A program made the translations under genes and the position numbers. DNA of 64,000 bases from Dehalococcoidia bacterium (GTDB lineage Bacteria > Chloroflexota > Dehalococcoidia > Plut-88900). The stretch spans positions 992,001 through 1,056,000 of the forward strand of contig OZ240219.1 of the NCBI GenBank assembly GCA_965197645.1, given 5' to 3'. Below are positions 9,715 to 19,582 of the stretch, piece after piece. The notes under the pieces are model-generated. The model saw only the letters and a program-made list of their open reading frames with translations, ran no database searches and was not told the DNA's origin. Every line of letters begins with the position of its first letter. Position 1 is the stretch's first letter.

Positions 9715-11166
9715 ATGAGCGAAGAAATCAAAGCTCAAATCGATCCACGAGATTCCTTAGTACTGAAGTTGCCCGAACTGGATGTTTCTTCGGAGGAACC
9801 TTGGGGTGATGATGTGCTGGACCGGCAACAGATTGCTGGCAGGCTAACAAATCTCGTTCGGGATCAGTCAACTCCTTTGACATCAAGCATCCACGGTCAC
9901 TGGGGGACCGGCAAGACGTTTATGCTCAAGCGTTGGCAGAAAGACTTGGAGGGGCAGGGATTCAAAGCCATCTACTTCAACGCGTGGGAAGACGATTTCT
10001 GCGATGACCCGTTCTTAGCTATGATTGGCCAGCTGGCTGAACACTTCAAGGGCGACAGGTTTAAGGAATTGACTCGCAAGGCAGTTGAAACTGCAATTCC
10101 GTTGATCAGAGAGAATCTCTTAGGCGTTCTGAGGGCTACGACGGGAGTGACGGTTAGACTAGACGACCAGCAGCAGGGAAACAAGACCCCGCTGGACGCG
10201 TATCTCGAACAGAGGGCTACGAAGGATAGCTTCAAGAACCAACTTGGACAACTGGCCGCGGAGGTGGCCCGTGAAACCGGTCATCCATTGGTGTTCATCG
10301 TTGACGAGCTAGACAGGTGCCGACCTACGTTCGCCATTGAACTACTTGAGAGGGTCAAGCACTTATTCGACGTTCCTAATTTGGTGTTCGTCTTTGGAAT
10401 AAATCGAGACGAGCTTTGCAAATCGCTTCAATCAATCTACGGAGAGATCGACGCCGGTGTGTACCTTCGCCGCTTCTTCGATATGGAGTTTACACTACCG
10501 GAGGTAGATTCAGTAACCTTCGGTAACCATTTGGTGCAGAAGTATGGGCTAGATGAATTCTTTGGTGCGCTAAGCAAGAATACCACTCCATGGTTACCCA
10601 CCAACGAAATCTGGGTGTTGGCCCAATATTTCCCTGCCCTCTGGGGCCGTTTGGGTTTATCCCTGCGAGATATCGATTACTGTGTGAGGTCAATCGCTCT
10701 GGTTAGTAGGAACTTGGACCAACGCTATCACATGCATCCTTGGCTGCTCGGCCTGCTTATAACCCTGAAGCTCAAGAACCCAACGCTATACAAGCAGTTC
10801 ATCCAGGGCAACTGTCTTGTAAGCGAAGTCATAAATTACATTGACAGAACAGCCGCGATTAAGGAAATAGATCGTACGTCGGCACACGCACTGCTTGCAA
10901 TCGAAGCGTACCTATATCGAACAGAGGCCGGATTTGATGGTTTCGCATCCAAGGTACCAACTGCGTTGGGTCAGTTGCAGCTTCTCACAGATGGGAAGAC
11001 GTTGACACATCCGGGGTATCTATCGGAAAAGACCCAAAAAGAGGGTCTCCTAAGAGCAGGTCAATTGGTTCAAATGATTAAATCTTGGGCAAGCTTGGAT
11101 TTTATCGACGTCGTTGGCAATCTGGCGGCTCTAATTGACCTGCATCAGAATATGGTGAGAGATTAG
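9715..11166 (+). CDS. KAP-family P-loop NTPase
   Basis: D.LDR, IHGHWGTGKT Walker A, YFNAW, FIVDELDRCRP Walker B, YLRRFFD. Confidence 0.9.
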   Translation: MSEEIKAQIDPRDSLVLKLPELDVSSEEPWGDDVLDRQQIAGRLTNLVRDQSTPLTSSIHGHWGTGKTFMLKRWQKDLEGQGFKAIYFNAWEDDFCDDPFLAMIGQLAEHFKGDRFKELTRKAVETAIPLIRENLLGVLRATTGVTVRLDDQQQGNKTPLDAYLEQRATKDSFKNQLGQLAAEVARETGHPLVFIVDELDRCRPTFAIELLERVKHLFDVPNLVFVFGINRDELCKSLQSIYGEIDAGVYLRRFFDMEFTLPEVDSVTFGNHLVQKYGLDEFFGALSKNTTPWLPTNEIWVLAQYFPALWGRLGLSLRDIDYCVRSIALVSRNLDQRYHMHPWLLGLLITLKLKNPTLYKQFIQGNCLVSEVINYIDRTAAIKEIDRTSAHALLAIEAYLYRTEAGFDGFASKVPTALGQLQLLTDGKTLTHPGYLSEKTQKEGLLRAGQLVQMIKSWASLDFIDVVGNLAALIDLHQNMVRD

Positions 11167-11270
11167 GTTATGGCCCTCCGGTGTCCCCTGGCTGGGCAGG
11201 CTGTTCGACGTGATCCCGGGTACAGTGGACACCGGTCGATTCCTCCGCACCCTCTGATATACTGCTCGAC

Positions 11271-11420
11271 ATGATCCACTCCATGCAGAGGTCATTGAGG
11301 ATCATCCGAACGGCGCCTGGGCCCTGGTACGTTCGTCTGTGGCAGGTGTTCCAGAACCTGGCGATTAAGGTTCGTTGAGCCAGCCGCTGCTGCGGGCCTC
11401 CCGGGCGGCCGGGATGCTGA
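11271..11420 (+). other. Unlisted small Cys-rich ORF with an in-frame TGA (pseudogene or recoded)
   Basis: MIHSMQRSLRIIRTAPGPWYVRLWQVFQNLAIKVR*ASRCCGPPGRPGC. TGnTATACT -10 element ends 7 bp before the ATG. Confidence 0.5.
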
Positions 11421-11521
11421 GCAGAGTCTCCTGAAGCTCCCAGCGGGAGCCATCCACATCACGGGCACTAGTCCCGAGGCGTATGGTCTTTGGCGCCGAA
11501 GCGCGAGTTGGAGCGAACGCG

Positions 11522-11987
11522 ATGGATGACAAAACACCCAAAAGCCCAACTGAGACCGCCGAGAACGTTGGCGAAGAGGTGGTCCTTCTCTCAGGGGGCA
11601 ACCCTCAGATAGCCAAGGCCAACGGTTATGTTCCCGTGCAGGCCTACATATCGGCGATGCCGGGATGGAAAAGCGATGTTGGGAGACGCCTCGACGACTT
11701 GATCGTGCGGACGGTGCCCAATGTGCGCAAGTCAGTGAGGTGGAACTCTCCCTGGTACGGCGTCGAGGGCCAAGGGTGGTTCCTGAGCTACCACGTCTTC
11801 AGCCGCTACGTGAAGGTGACTTTCCTCAATGGGGCATCGCTGGAACCCGTCCCCATCCGGCTCAGGCAAGGACCCGGACTCGCGCTGGGTCGACATCTAC
11901 GAAGGGGAGCTCGAGGAGGAACAGATGGCGACATGGGTCGGGCAGTCGGCCGCCCTGCCCCGCTGGCACGGTATTGACACACTGTGA
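11522..11987 (+). pseudogene. DUF1801-domain protein with a +1 frameshift
   Basis: LLSGGNPQIAK..VQAYISAMPGWK..VRWNSPWYG. The conserved-looking tail PSGSGKDPDSRWVDIYEGELEEEQMATWV continues in another frame after the C4 run at 11851-11854. Confidence 0.75.
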
Positions 11988-12036
11988 AGCTCAATGATAA
12001 TAGTTCGAAACGTTATCAAACAGGATCGGGAGACTC

Positions 12037-12897
12037 ATGACTCTCCGCTTAGCGCCGCTCGATGAAAACTTCGCCTTCGAGGTGTCGGGAGTAGAGACTT
12101 GGTCAGGACTCGACGATGAGCAAGTGCGGTCGTTCGATGACGCCTGGGCCAATCAAGGGGTGCTGGTGTTCCGCCGGCAGGCGCTCACGGAGCAAGAGCT
12201 GGTGACTTTCAGCGGGCGTTTCGGCACGCCCGACGTCATCGTTCGTACCGATTGGGCCTCCCAGGACCACCCGGAAATCACGCAAATCTCTAATATGCGG
12301 AACGCCGACGGAGCTAATATCGGAGGGCTCGGGTCGGGCGAGCTGGATTGGCACACCGATCAGTCATACATGGCAGCGCCGGCGACGGGCGCCATCCTCT
12401 ATGGTGTCGAGGTGCCGGAGGACGGACCGCAGACCTACTGGGCCAACCTGCACCTCGCTTACGAAGCGCTGCCGCAAGAGACCAAGGTGAGGCTCGACGG
12501 ACGGCGTGCTATCTTCAGCTACGCCCAACGGTACAAGGACTACGAAGACGAGAATGTGCCCAGCGAAGAGATCTTGGCGCAGACGCCCGACGTGACCCAC
12601 GCACTGGTGCAGACCCATCCGACATCCGGCGCCAAGAGCCTTTACCTGGACCCGTCGACCATGATCGGGATTGAAGGCATGGACGAGGCGGAAGGCCGGG
12701 CGTTACTCGGCGAACTGACCGAACACGCCACCCAACCCGAGTTCGTCTATCGTCATCACTGGCAGCCGGGCGATCTGATCATGTGGGACAACGGCTTCCT
12801 GCTGCATCGCCGGGACGCCTTCCGCACCGATCAGAACCGCCTGCTCAAGCGCACCACCCTCCGGCTTTCATCCGAGCGACACATCGTCCCAAGCTAA
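12037..12897 (+). CDS. TauD/TfdA-family Fe(II)/2-oxoglutarate dioxygenase
   Basis: WHTD (HxD), YRHHWQPGDLIMWDN..LLHRR, R.L.RTT. Confidence 0.92.
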   Translation: MTLRLAPLDENFAFEVSGVETWSGLDDEQVRSFDDAWANQGVLVFRRQALTEQELVTFSGRFGTPDVIVRTDWASQDHPEITQISNMRNADGANIGGLGSGELDWHTDQSYMAAPATGAILYGVEVPEDGPQTYWANLHLAYEALPQETKVRLDGRRAIFSYAQRYKDYEDENVPSEEILAQTPDVTHALVQTHPTSGAKSLYLDPSTMIGIEGMDEAEGRALLGELTEHATQPEFVYRHHWQPGDLIMWDNGFLLHRRDAFRTDQNRLLKRTTLRLSSERHIVPS

Positions 12898-12949
12898 CAG
12901 ATGATTCCCTGCTACCTACGAGAACACGTGCTGAAAGCAAAGCCGCCCG

Positions 12950-15900
12950 TCATAGCAACAGCTCCCCGACCGCCTCCTCCACGGTTTTGCCCTCCTTTGA
13001 CTCCCGCAGCCATTTCCGTATCTCCCGCCGGGCGACGGTAACCGACACGTCATCCCGGGCCTGGCGCAGCAGGGCCAGCTGCTTGGCCGCGCCCTGGGAG
13101 GCCGCTTCTCCTGCCTGGGATATCCGGACATGGAGAGCGTTGCCCGAGTCAAACTCCGGGATGGGAAGCTTCCACAAGTGCTTGTGCAGGTGCCGCTCGC
13201 CAAACTGGCCCTTGGGCATTAGCGAACGCACCGCGCCATAGAGAATCTCGCTGTTGATTATTGCTAGTAAATAGTTGGCTTCGTTGGCATCCCTGCAAGC
13301 AACCCAGAACAGGAGGTTTTCAACCAGATCAGCACCATTTGACAGGATGGCGGCAGTTGGCTGGCCGGAGCTCGTATATGCCAACCTAACTGGGCGATCA
13401 TTAGAGTTTACCTGCCATTCCAATTGCGACGACAGCTTCCCGTAAAAGTCCAACTGTCCCAGCAGGTCCAGTTTGTTGGCCGCCGCCTTGTGCTCCTCCC
13501 ACAGGCGACTAACAATTCGCCAGCGGTCACGCATTCGCTGTCCCAATGCCCCTAGTTTGAGGCCTCCCACCCCCTCGGTATCGGCGGGTAGGCGGGCATC
13601 GCCGCGCTTGAAAGGCAGGACCGCTTTCAACGGGTCCAGGGTCGCGTAGGGGACGACGGTCTCGCCCAAGTGGACGTCGTGGACGTGCTGGGTGCCGATA
13701 GTCTGTGTGGTGATGGAGGTTAGGTCCAGACTATTCCACGGTTTCTTGTCATGAACCCCTCGGCGCGGGTTCATGGTAACGGTCTGACCGGCCTGAACGA
13801 TGGCGGAACTCTCCGTCTCATTTACGAAAAACAACACCCTTGGGAATATCGTGGCCCCGTTCCGGGATAGCGCCCCGTAGGGTGAGCCACCGCCAACCGA
13901 CGTATCGATGATAGGAGCGAGCTCCCGGCGCACGTCGTCCGAGCCCGTCTCCCCCAGCCACCGTTCTACCTTGCCTTTCAGGGGAGTCGCCTTACCGACC
14001 AGGCCCTGGTACTCGGCAAAAACCACCGACGCCGGGACGGGGAAGAAGTTGTTGGGATCCAGCTTCTCCAGGTCCCACGCCGTCTTGTAGCGGAAGTCCA
14101 CCGTCAGCGTTCGGAGTCTTGAAGACCATGTGCCGGTGCGCCACTTGGAATGTTGACCCGTCTGAAGGGCGCTGTGGGGCATCACCATGCCTATCGCTCC
14201 GCCGTCCTTCAGGTACAGATCGACGCTTCGGGCAAAGAACAGCCCGGCCACGTCCTGATGGGTAGCGTACTTGCCTCCGTTCCATATGTCATAGGTGCCC
14301 TTACTCAACCTCTCCAACTGGGTGCGCAGCGTACTGACGGTCTGGTTGTAGTTGATCCACGGCGGGTTGCCGATAATCACGTCCACCTTGCTTAGAGAGA
14401 GGGCCACGGGGCGCACGAGGTTGCGGGTGTAGTAGGCCCAGATGTGGTTGCGGCCCTGAGCATGCAACCGCTGTATGGCGTCGATGGTCTCCCGCAGGGT
14501 TTGCCGCTCTCCGGGTTCGGTGATCTGGTGGTCGTCTAGGGCCAGGTGGGGGTCGGCGCCCCTCTCGATGGCCTCGGCCACGTCGCTCATCAGCGCGTCG
14601 AAATCCTCGGTCCGATTCACCAGGCTCACGGGAAAGACCAGCTCCGTGTTCTCCTCGTCTTCGACCTCTACGGTGACGTTGTGCTCGGCGAACAGGTCGC
14701 CGGTGCGGAACCGGAGCTGGAGGGCGTCTCCCAGGTAGACGGGAACGGTGATGTTGCCAGCGAAGCCGTCCTCGACGGCTGCCTGTATAGCGGGCTGGGC
14801 CGCCAGCACCCAGGCGGCGCGGGCGAGGTGCACCGCCACCGGGTGAACGTCGATGCCGGAAACGGAGATGCGAAGCCACTCCAACACTTGTGTAGGGTTA
14901 AGGTCGATTTCCTTGGCGGCCTCGATGAGGTGGGTGACCGCCTCAGCCAGGAAGGTCCCCGAGCCGCAGGCCGGGTCCAGGACGGACTGGCCCACCGGGG
15001 CTGTCACCACCTCCCGCACGATGGCACGCGCCAGCCAGTCCGGTGTGTTGTACTCTCCCAGCTGGCGCCGTTCGTCGGGCGGTATCACCGTCTCGTAGAG
15101 GATGGAGGCAACGTCGGTGGAGGCCTTCTGCCAGTCGAACCTGGCTACGCGCCTGGCGACCGTTTTCATGAGCGGCAGACCTCCTTCGACCTCGGTGGGC
15201 CAGGCAAAGAAGTCCGACTCAACGACCCCTTGAAGGCCGGTCTTGCTTTGGAAGTAGCGCCCGCGGAGCAAGTCAGCGGGATCGGTTTCCGCCAGGCCCT
15301 TGATGTCGCCCCCGAAGGAGGCCTGCACCACCATGCCTATGACGGCGGTCAGGTAGGTGTGCCGGACGAACAGGTCGTCCAGTTCGGGGCTGGACCTAGC
15401 GATCTCGCCCAGAGCGGCCTTGAGCAGGTTCTCCCACAGCTGTCTCTTGACCTTGACGGTGCCGGAGCTTGCGTACTGGTCGTAGATGGCACTGAGGGCT
15501 GTTATGTCCCGCTCATAGGACGGGGCCGTAGAGCCGAAGTTCTGTTCGATAGCGGAGCGGGATGGCTGTTTGGCCGGCTCTGCGGAGAGGGCATGGTCGC
15601 GGAGCCACTCGAAGAGGGTGATCCAACGGTCCGCATCCTCCAGCGTGAAGGCGTAGGGAGGGGTCGTCCTGATTGCACCGGCATTGGGCCAGCGCAGGAG
15701 CCAGTGCCTGCCGTCGGTGAGTATGCCCATGCGCACCCGGCCCTGCTTCTCCGACTGCTCCAGGTAGTCGTCGAGCTGCCGGACGTAGTTTGGGTTGGGG
15801 TTGAAGCCTCCCGCAGTGCCGATCCTGCGCTTGAACTCTATGAACGTGTCGAGGGCGGTGAGATCCACGGCGCTGCGCGAACCCTCGGCGGGCGGATTCT

Positions 15901-16135
15901 CCTGACGGATATCATCGCTGCTTGCCAGCCCGGTAGCAATGAGGAAATCACGCACCGCGCTGGCAATGTCTGCCTCCCGCACGCCATTGTCGTACCGCCG
16001 TAGAATGTTGGCAGCAGCCTGAGCGTACCGGGGGTTGTTGTAGTCTATCTGAGTGGACACTTCGGCTCTCTGGTTAGTTTGGGTATTTCCGAGACGGGGG
16101 AGGCCATCATATAGCGCCAGATTATCGAAGTCCAT
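12950..16135 (-). CDS. Type IIG restriction-modification fusion (PD-(D/E)xK nuclease + N6-adenine MTase + TRD)
   Basis: VDL...FIEFKR nuclease motif, GILTDGRHW, LGEYNTPDWLA, LDPACGSGTF (motif I), GNPPW (motif IV). Confidence 0.88.
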   Translation of the reverse strand: MDFDNLALYDGLPRLGNTQTNQRAEVSTQIDYNNPRYAQAAANILRRYDNGVREADIASAVRDFLIATGLASSDDIRQENPPAEGSRSAVDLTALDTFIEFKRRIGTAGGFNPNPNYVRQLDDYLEQSEKQGRVRMGILTDGRHWLLRWPNAGAIRTTPPYAFTLEDADRWITLFEWLRDHALSAEPAKQPSRSAIEQNFGSTAPSYERDITALSAIYDQYASSGTVKVKRQLWENLLKAALGEIARSSPELDDLFVRHTYLTAVIGMVVQASFGGDIKGLAETDPADLLRGRYFQSKTGLQGVVESDFFAWPTEVEGGLPLMKTVARRVARFDWQKASTDVASILYETVIPPDERRQLGEYNTPDWLARAIVREVVTAPVGQSVLDPACGSGTFLAEAVTHLIEAAKEIDLNPTQVLEWLRISVSGIDVHPVAVHLARAAWVLAAQPAIQAAVEDGFAGNITVPVYLGDALQLRFRTGDLFAEHNVTVEVEDEENTELVFPVSLVNRTEDFDALMSDVAEAIERGADPHLALDDHQITEPGERQTLRETIDAIQRLHAQGRNHIWAYYTRNLVRPVALSLSKVDVIIGNPPWINYNQTVSTLRTQLERLSKGTYDIWNGGKYATHQDVAGLFFARSVDLYLKDGGAIGMVMPHSALQTGQHSKWRTGTWSSRLRTLTVDFRYKTAWDLEKLDPNNFFPVPASVVFAEYQGLVGKATPLKGKVERWLGETGSDDVRRELAPIIDTSVGGGSPYGALSRNGATIFPRVLFFVNETESSAIVQAGQTVTMNPRRGVHDKKPWNSLDLTSITTQTIGTQHVHDVHLGETVVPYATLDPLKAVLPFKRGDARLPADTEGVGGLKLGALGQRMRDRWRIVSRLWEEHKAAANKLDLLGQLDFYGKLSSQLEWQVNSNDRPVRLAYTSSGQPTAAILSNGADLVENLLFWVACRDANEANYLLAIINSEILYGAVRSLMPKGQFGERHLHKHLWKLPIPEFDSGNALHVRISQAGEAASQGAAKQLALLRQARDDVSVTVARREIRKWLRESKEGKTVEEAVGELLL

Positions 16136-16364
16136 TGATTGACAATAACTACCCTACGCTTTAGCCTAAGAAACCTGGATCACAGGGGGAGGAGTGGTAG
16201 AGCGCAGGACCATCTCGGCGCATTCCCACGCAGGTCGTCCGGATAACCTGCACTATAGGTTTCCGCCGGCATATTGCGACAGGAGGCCCAGGGTCGAGAA
16301 GATAGACTCCACCGACCGGTCCATCATCGACAGTCAGCCGGCTGGGCCCGTCTAGACGTTGAAC

Positions 16365-16395
16365 AGAGCCGTTCCGATACTATCGGGACGGCTCT
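16365..16395. terminator. Strong hairpin in the divergent intergenic region
   Basis: AGAGCCGTTCCGATA-C-TATCGGGACGGCTCT near-perfect inverted repeat; lacks a U-tract. Confidence 0.35.
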
Positions 16396-16488
16396 CGCAG
16401 TTTTGCGCCGAAATCGTGGCTTACCGCAAGTACGATGATCCTTCTTAGTTGAACGTGACCTGCTCCTGACCGATAACGGGAAAGAGAA

Positions 16489-18435
16489 ATGGGCCGATAT
16501 ACGGTTAGACGGATCCTGCTCATTGTTCCCACCCTCTTCGTGGCCTCGCTCTTTCTTGCCCTCATGCTGAGGGTCCTGCCCGGAGATGCCATCGCCGCGG
16601 CCGGCAGCAGCGGGCGAGGCGCGGGTACCGGGGGCGATGAGGTTGGCGCCAGCATCGCCAGGGCCAGGCTGGGCCTGGATAAGCCCTTCTACGTCCAGTA
16701 CATTCGGTGGATCGTGGGGTGGCCCGGGAGGGAAGGGGTGGTCTACCACACCGCCGATGATGGGTCATCGTGGCGCGGCATAGGCGGACAGTCGGTAAAG
16801 CCTATCGCCGAGGCCGAGTTCTTGACTCCCACCCTCGGTTGGGGGCTTAGAGAAAACGTAATCTCCTTTACCAAAGACGGGGGCCGGCAGTGGCTCAACC
16901 AGCACGTAGTAGGCAACAACCTGAACGATCTCTTCATACTGGACGAGAGTAATGTCTGGGTCGTAGGCGATGGCGGGACCCTCTTCCGTACTACCGAGGG
17001 GGGCAAGCGCAAGATGACCGCCGGGGGAGTGGGGCTTGCTACATGGCTGCCCCAGGACAGCGACGCCACTACCAATCTCAGGGGCGTGGCCTTCGTAGAC
17101 CTCGATTACGGGTGGGTAGTCGGCGATGGGGGCACGATCATCCACACCGTCGACGGCGGCGAGACCTGGCAGCCCCAGAGCTCAAACACCGATGTCCGGC
17201 TATCATCGGTAGTCTTTGCCGATGCCAACCGTGGGTGGGCGATAGGAGACGGAGGGACCGTTCTTCGCACCTCGGATGGGGGAGTGAACTGGCAATTACA
17301 CACAGGCCTCTCCGAGAAGAACCTTCACGCTCTGGCCCTGGTCGATACGCGCACTCTCTGGGCCGTGGGAGACGGCGGCGCCGTGCTTCAGACCACGGAT
17401 GGGGGCTCTACATGGGTGCCCAGGACCATCCGGGAAGGCCTTCAGGAGAGTCTCACGGGAGTGGCCTTCGGAGACGTCTCCAACGGGGTGATCGTAAGTG
17501 CCGGGGGTACCGTGTACACCACGATGGACGGCGGTAACACGTGGGCCGAGCAGGAGATCCTCATAACTCGCCAGGAGGAAGATGTCACCATAACCGAAGG
17601 CCCTATCACTACGCCCCTCCAGGACGTGAGCATGGTCGTCAGCGGCACCGGTACAGTCCGCATCTGGGCGCCGGCGGTCGAGACCGACTGGGAATGGGGT
17701 CTGTTGGGTGGAAATCTGGGGGAACGTTTCCGGCCAGCCGGCAGGATGGTCGCCAGCGAGATAAAGAGGACCCTGGGCCCCAGTCTGCAGCTGATGATCA
17801 TGAGTATGATCATTGCCATGGTTGTGGCAGTGCCCATCGGGATCTTATCGGCCATACGTCAGGACACATGGGGCGATTACGCAGGCCGGACCGTGGCGAT
17901 CAGTGGCCTTGCCGTCCCGACTTTCTGGGTCGGGATGATGGTGATACTGCTGCCCAGCTACTATCTCGACTGGGTCCCTCCTCTTATCTACGTTTCCTTC
18001 TTCGACGATCCCGCCGGAAATCTGTATTTCTACATGCTCCCCTCTATAGTAGCCGGCATTCCCATAATGGCGGAGATCATGCGCATGACCCGGAGCATGA
18101 TGCTGGAGGTGCTGCGTCAAGACTACATCCGGACGGCCTATTCGAAAGGGCTCAGAGAGCGGCTCGTGATCTACCGGCACTCCCTGAAGAATGCCATGAT
18201 ACCTGTGGTTACCATGGTGGGGGTCACCGCTGCGTACCAGCTGGGGGGCCTGGTGATCATAGAGCAGATATTCACCATCCCGGGCACGGGCAAGTTGATG
18301 CTGGGCGCCATCGAAAACAGGGACTATCCGATGATACAGGGAGGCGTCCTGTTCCTGGGCTTCGTGGTTATCGTCATGAACCTGGCCGTGGACCTGGTGT
18401 ACACCTGGTTGGACCCGAGGATTCGCTACGAGTGA
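16489..18435 (+). CDS. DppB/OppB-type ABC permease with an inserted YCF48/BNR beta-propeller
   Basis: YTVRRILL..LPGD..LGLDKP..QY..W N-terminus, seven TxDGGxxW-type repeats, then GNLG, the EAA-like loop DYIRTAYSKGL and RDYP..QG..DPRIRY. Confidence 0.9.
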   Translation: MGRYTVRRILLIVPTLFVASLFLALMLRVLPGDAIAAAGSSGRGAGTGGDEVGASIARARLGLDKPFYVQYIRWIVGWPGREGVVYHTADDGSSWRGIGGQSVKPIAEAEFLTPTLGWGLRENVISFTKDGGRQWLNQHVVGNNLNDLFILDESNVWVVGDGGTLFRTTEGGKRKMTAGGVGLATWLPQDSDATTNLRGVAFVDLDYGWVVGDGGTIIHTVDGGETWQPQSSNTDVRLSSVVFADANRGWAIGDGGTVLRTSDGGVNWQLHTGLSEKNLHALALVDTRTLWAVGDGGAVLQTTDGGSTWVPRTIREGLQESLTGVAFGDVSNGVIVSAGGTVYTTMDGGNTWAEQEILITRQEEDVTITEGPITTPLQDVSMVVSGTGTVRIWAPAVETDWEWGLLGGNLGERFRPAGRMVASEIKRTLGPSLQLMIMSMIIAMVVAVPIGILSAIRQDTWGDYAGRTVAISGLAVPTFWVGMMVILLPSYYLDWVPPLIYVSFFDDPAGNLYFYMLPSIVAGIPIMAEIMRMTRSMMLEVLRQDYIRTAYSKGLRERLVIYRHSLKNAMIPVVTMVGVTAAYQLGGLVIIEQIFTIPGTGKLMLGAIENRDYPMIQGGVLFLGFVVIVMNLAVDLVYTWLDPRIRYE

Positions 18436-18484
18436 TGACTCTAGCGTTGTCACTGCACTGAAGGAATAGAGTCTCGAGGAAGCG

Positions 18485-19489
18485 ATGAAGAAGCCCGCAG
18501 TCAGGATGACCGAGGTTGAGTGGCGGCTCCCCAGGCGTCGCAACTGGCCCATATGGATCACGGTGTGGGGACGCATGGTCAGGGAGAAGCGTCTGGCCAC
18601 CGTGGGCCTGGCAATCATCGTGGTGTTCTTGCTCGCCGGTATCTTCTCGGGTCTCATTGCCCCCGAGGGTTACGATGAGCAGCACACGGACAGGTTGAGG
18701 GTGGTCGAGGAGGAGGGCATCGAGATCCTGGAGTTGGTGGGCCCCTCCCTCAACCCCTTCCATCCCTTGGGGCTGGACCACCGAGGTCGGGACGTGCTCA
18801 GCCTGATAATTCACGGAGCCCGGATATCGATGTTCGTTGGCCTGGGCACGGCGGTCCTCGGCATCAGCTTGGCCACCGTTGTCGGCATGGTATCGGCGTG
18901 GCTGGGCGGCAAGTACGATACGATCATTCAGAGGGTGGTGGACGGTGTGATGATATTCCCCTGGCTGGTCCTCCTCCTGGTGATCGTCACCACGATTCCC
19001 GCTAAGTCGCCCATAGGATGGGTGGACACGGAGCAGTGGGGGCTGGCGAAGGTGATCTTCACCCTCGGTGTCCTGAATGTAGCGTGGGTGTCCAGGATCA
19101 TAAGGTCCTCGACGCTGGCGGCTAGAGAAAACCAGTATGTGGACGCAGCCCGTGCCCTGGGAGCTCCGGGACATCGCATCATACTTCGACATTTGCTGCC
19201 CAACATCATGGCGCCCATCATCACGATGGCTACTTTATCCCTGGGCTACGCCATCCTGGCAGAGGCGGCGCTGAGCTTTCTGGGCTACGGTATTCCGCCG
19301 CCCAATCCATCCTGGGGCAACATGATGAACTTCGCCGGTGGGTTGTACCTCTTCAGGGCGCCCTGGTTGATCGTAGCGCCGGGCGTGGCCATCAGCCTGG
19401 TGGTCTTCGCCATAAACGTTCTTGGAGACGGCCTGAGAGACCTCCTGGACCCTCGATTGAGGGGCAGTGCAGGCCACATTACGTTGTAG
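18485..19489 (+). CDS. DppC/OppC-type ABC permease
   Basis: HPLGLDHRGRD, GARIS, YVDAARALGA..RHLLPN, EAALSFLGYG..PSWG, GDGLRDLLDPR. Confidence 0.92.
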   Translation: MKKPAVRMTEVEWRLPRRRNWPIWITVWGRMVREKRLATVGLAIIVVFLLAGIFSGLIAPEGYDEQHTDRLRVVEEEGIEILELVGPSLNPFHPLGLDHRGRDVLSLIIHGARISMFVGLGTAVLGISLATVVGMVSAWLGGKYDTIIQRVVDGVMIFPWLVLLLVIVTTIPAKSPIGWVDTEQWGLAKVIFTLGVLNVAWVSRIIRSSTLAARENQYVDAARALGAPGHRIILRHLLPNIMAPIITMATLSLGYAILAEAALSFLGYGIPPPNPSWGNMMNFAGGLYLFRAPWLIVAPGVAISLVVFAINVLGDGLRDLLDPRLRGSAGHITL

Positions 19490-19582
19490 CTAGCAGCGTG
19501 TCTCTGCCTGACCAATACGGTATAGCGAACCTGTACATTGGTGAAGTAAGATGCGTGAAAGCTGGGAGCCGCATGGCGAACG

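Noticed and set aside
14546-16003. Long antisense ORFs (e.g. 485 aa here, 374 aa at 31381, 379 aa at 45408)
   Set aside because: Shadows of GC-rich genes on the opposite strand with no recognisable motifs.
16185-16240. tRNA-like GTGGTAGAGCG segment
   Set aside because: No acceptor stem, anticodon arm or T-loop can be formed.
16489-18435. Photosystem II assembly role from YCF48 similarity
   Set aside because: No photosynthesis genes present; YCF48-like BNR propellers are widespread in non-phototrophs.
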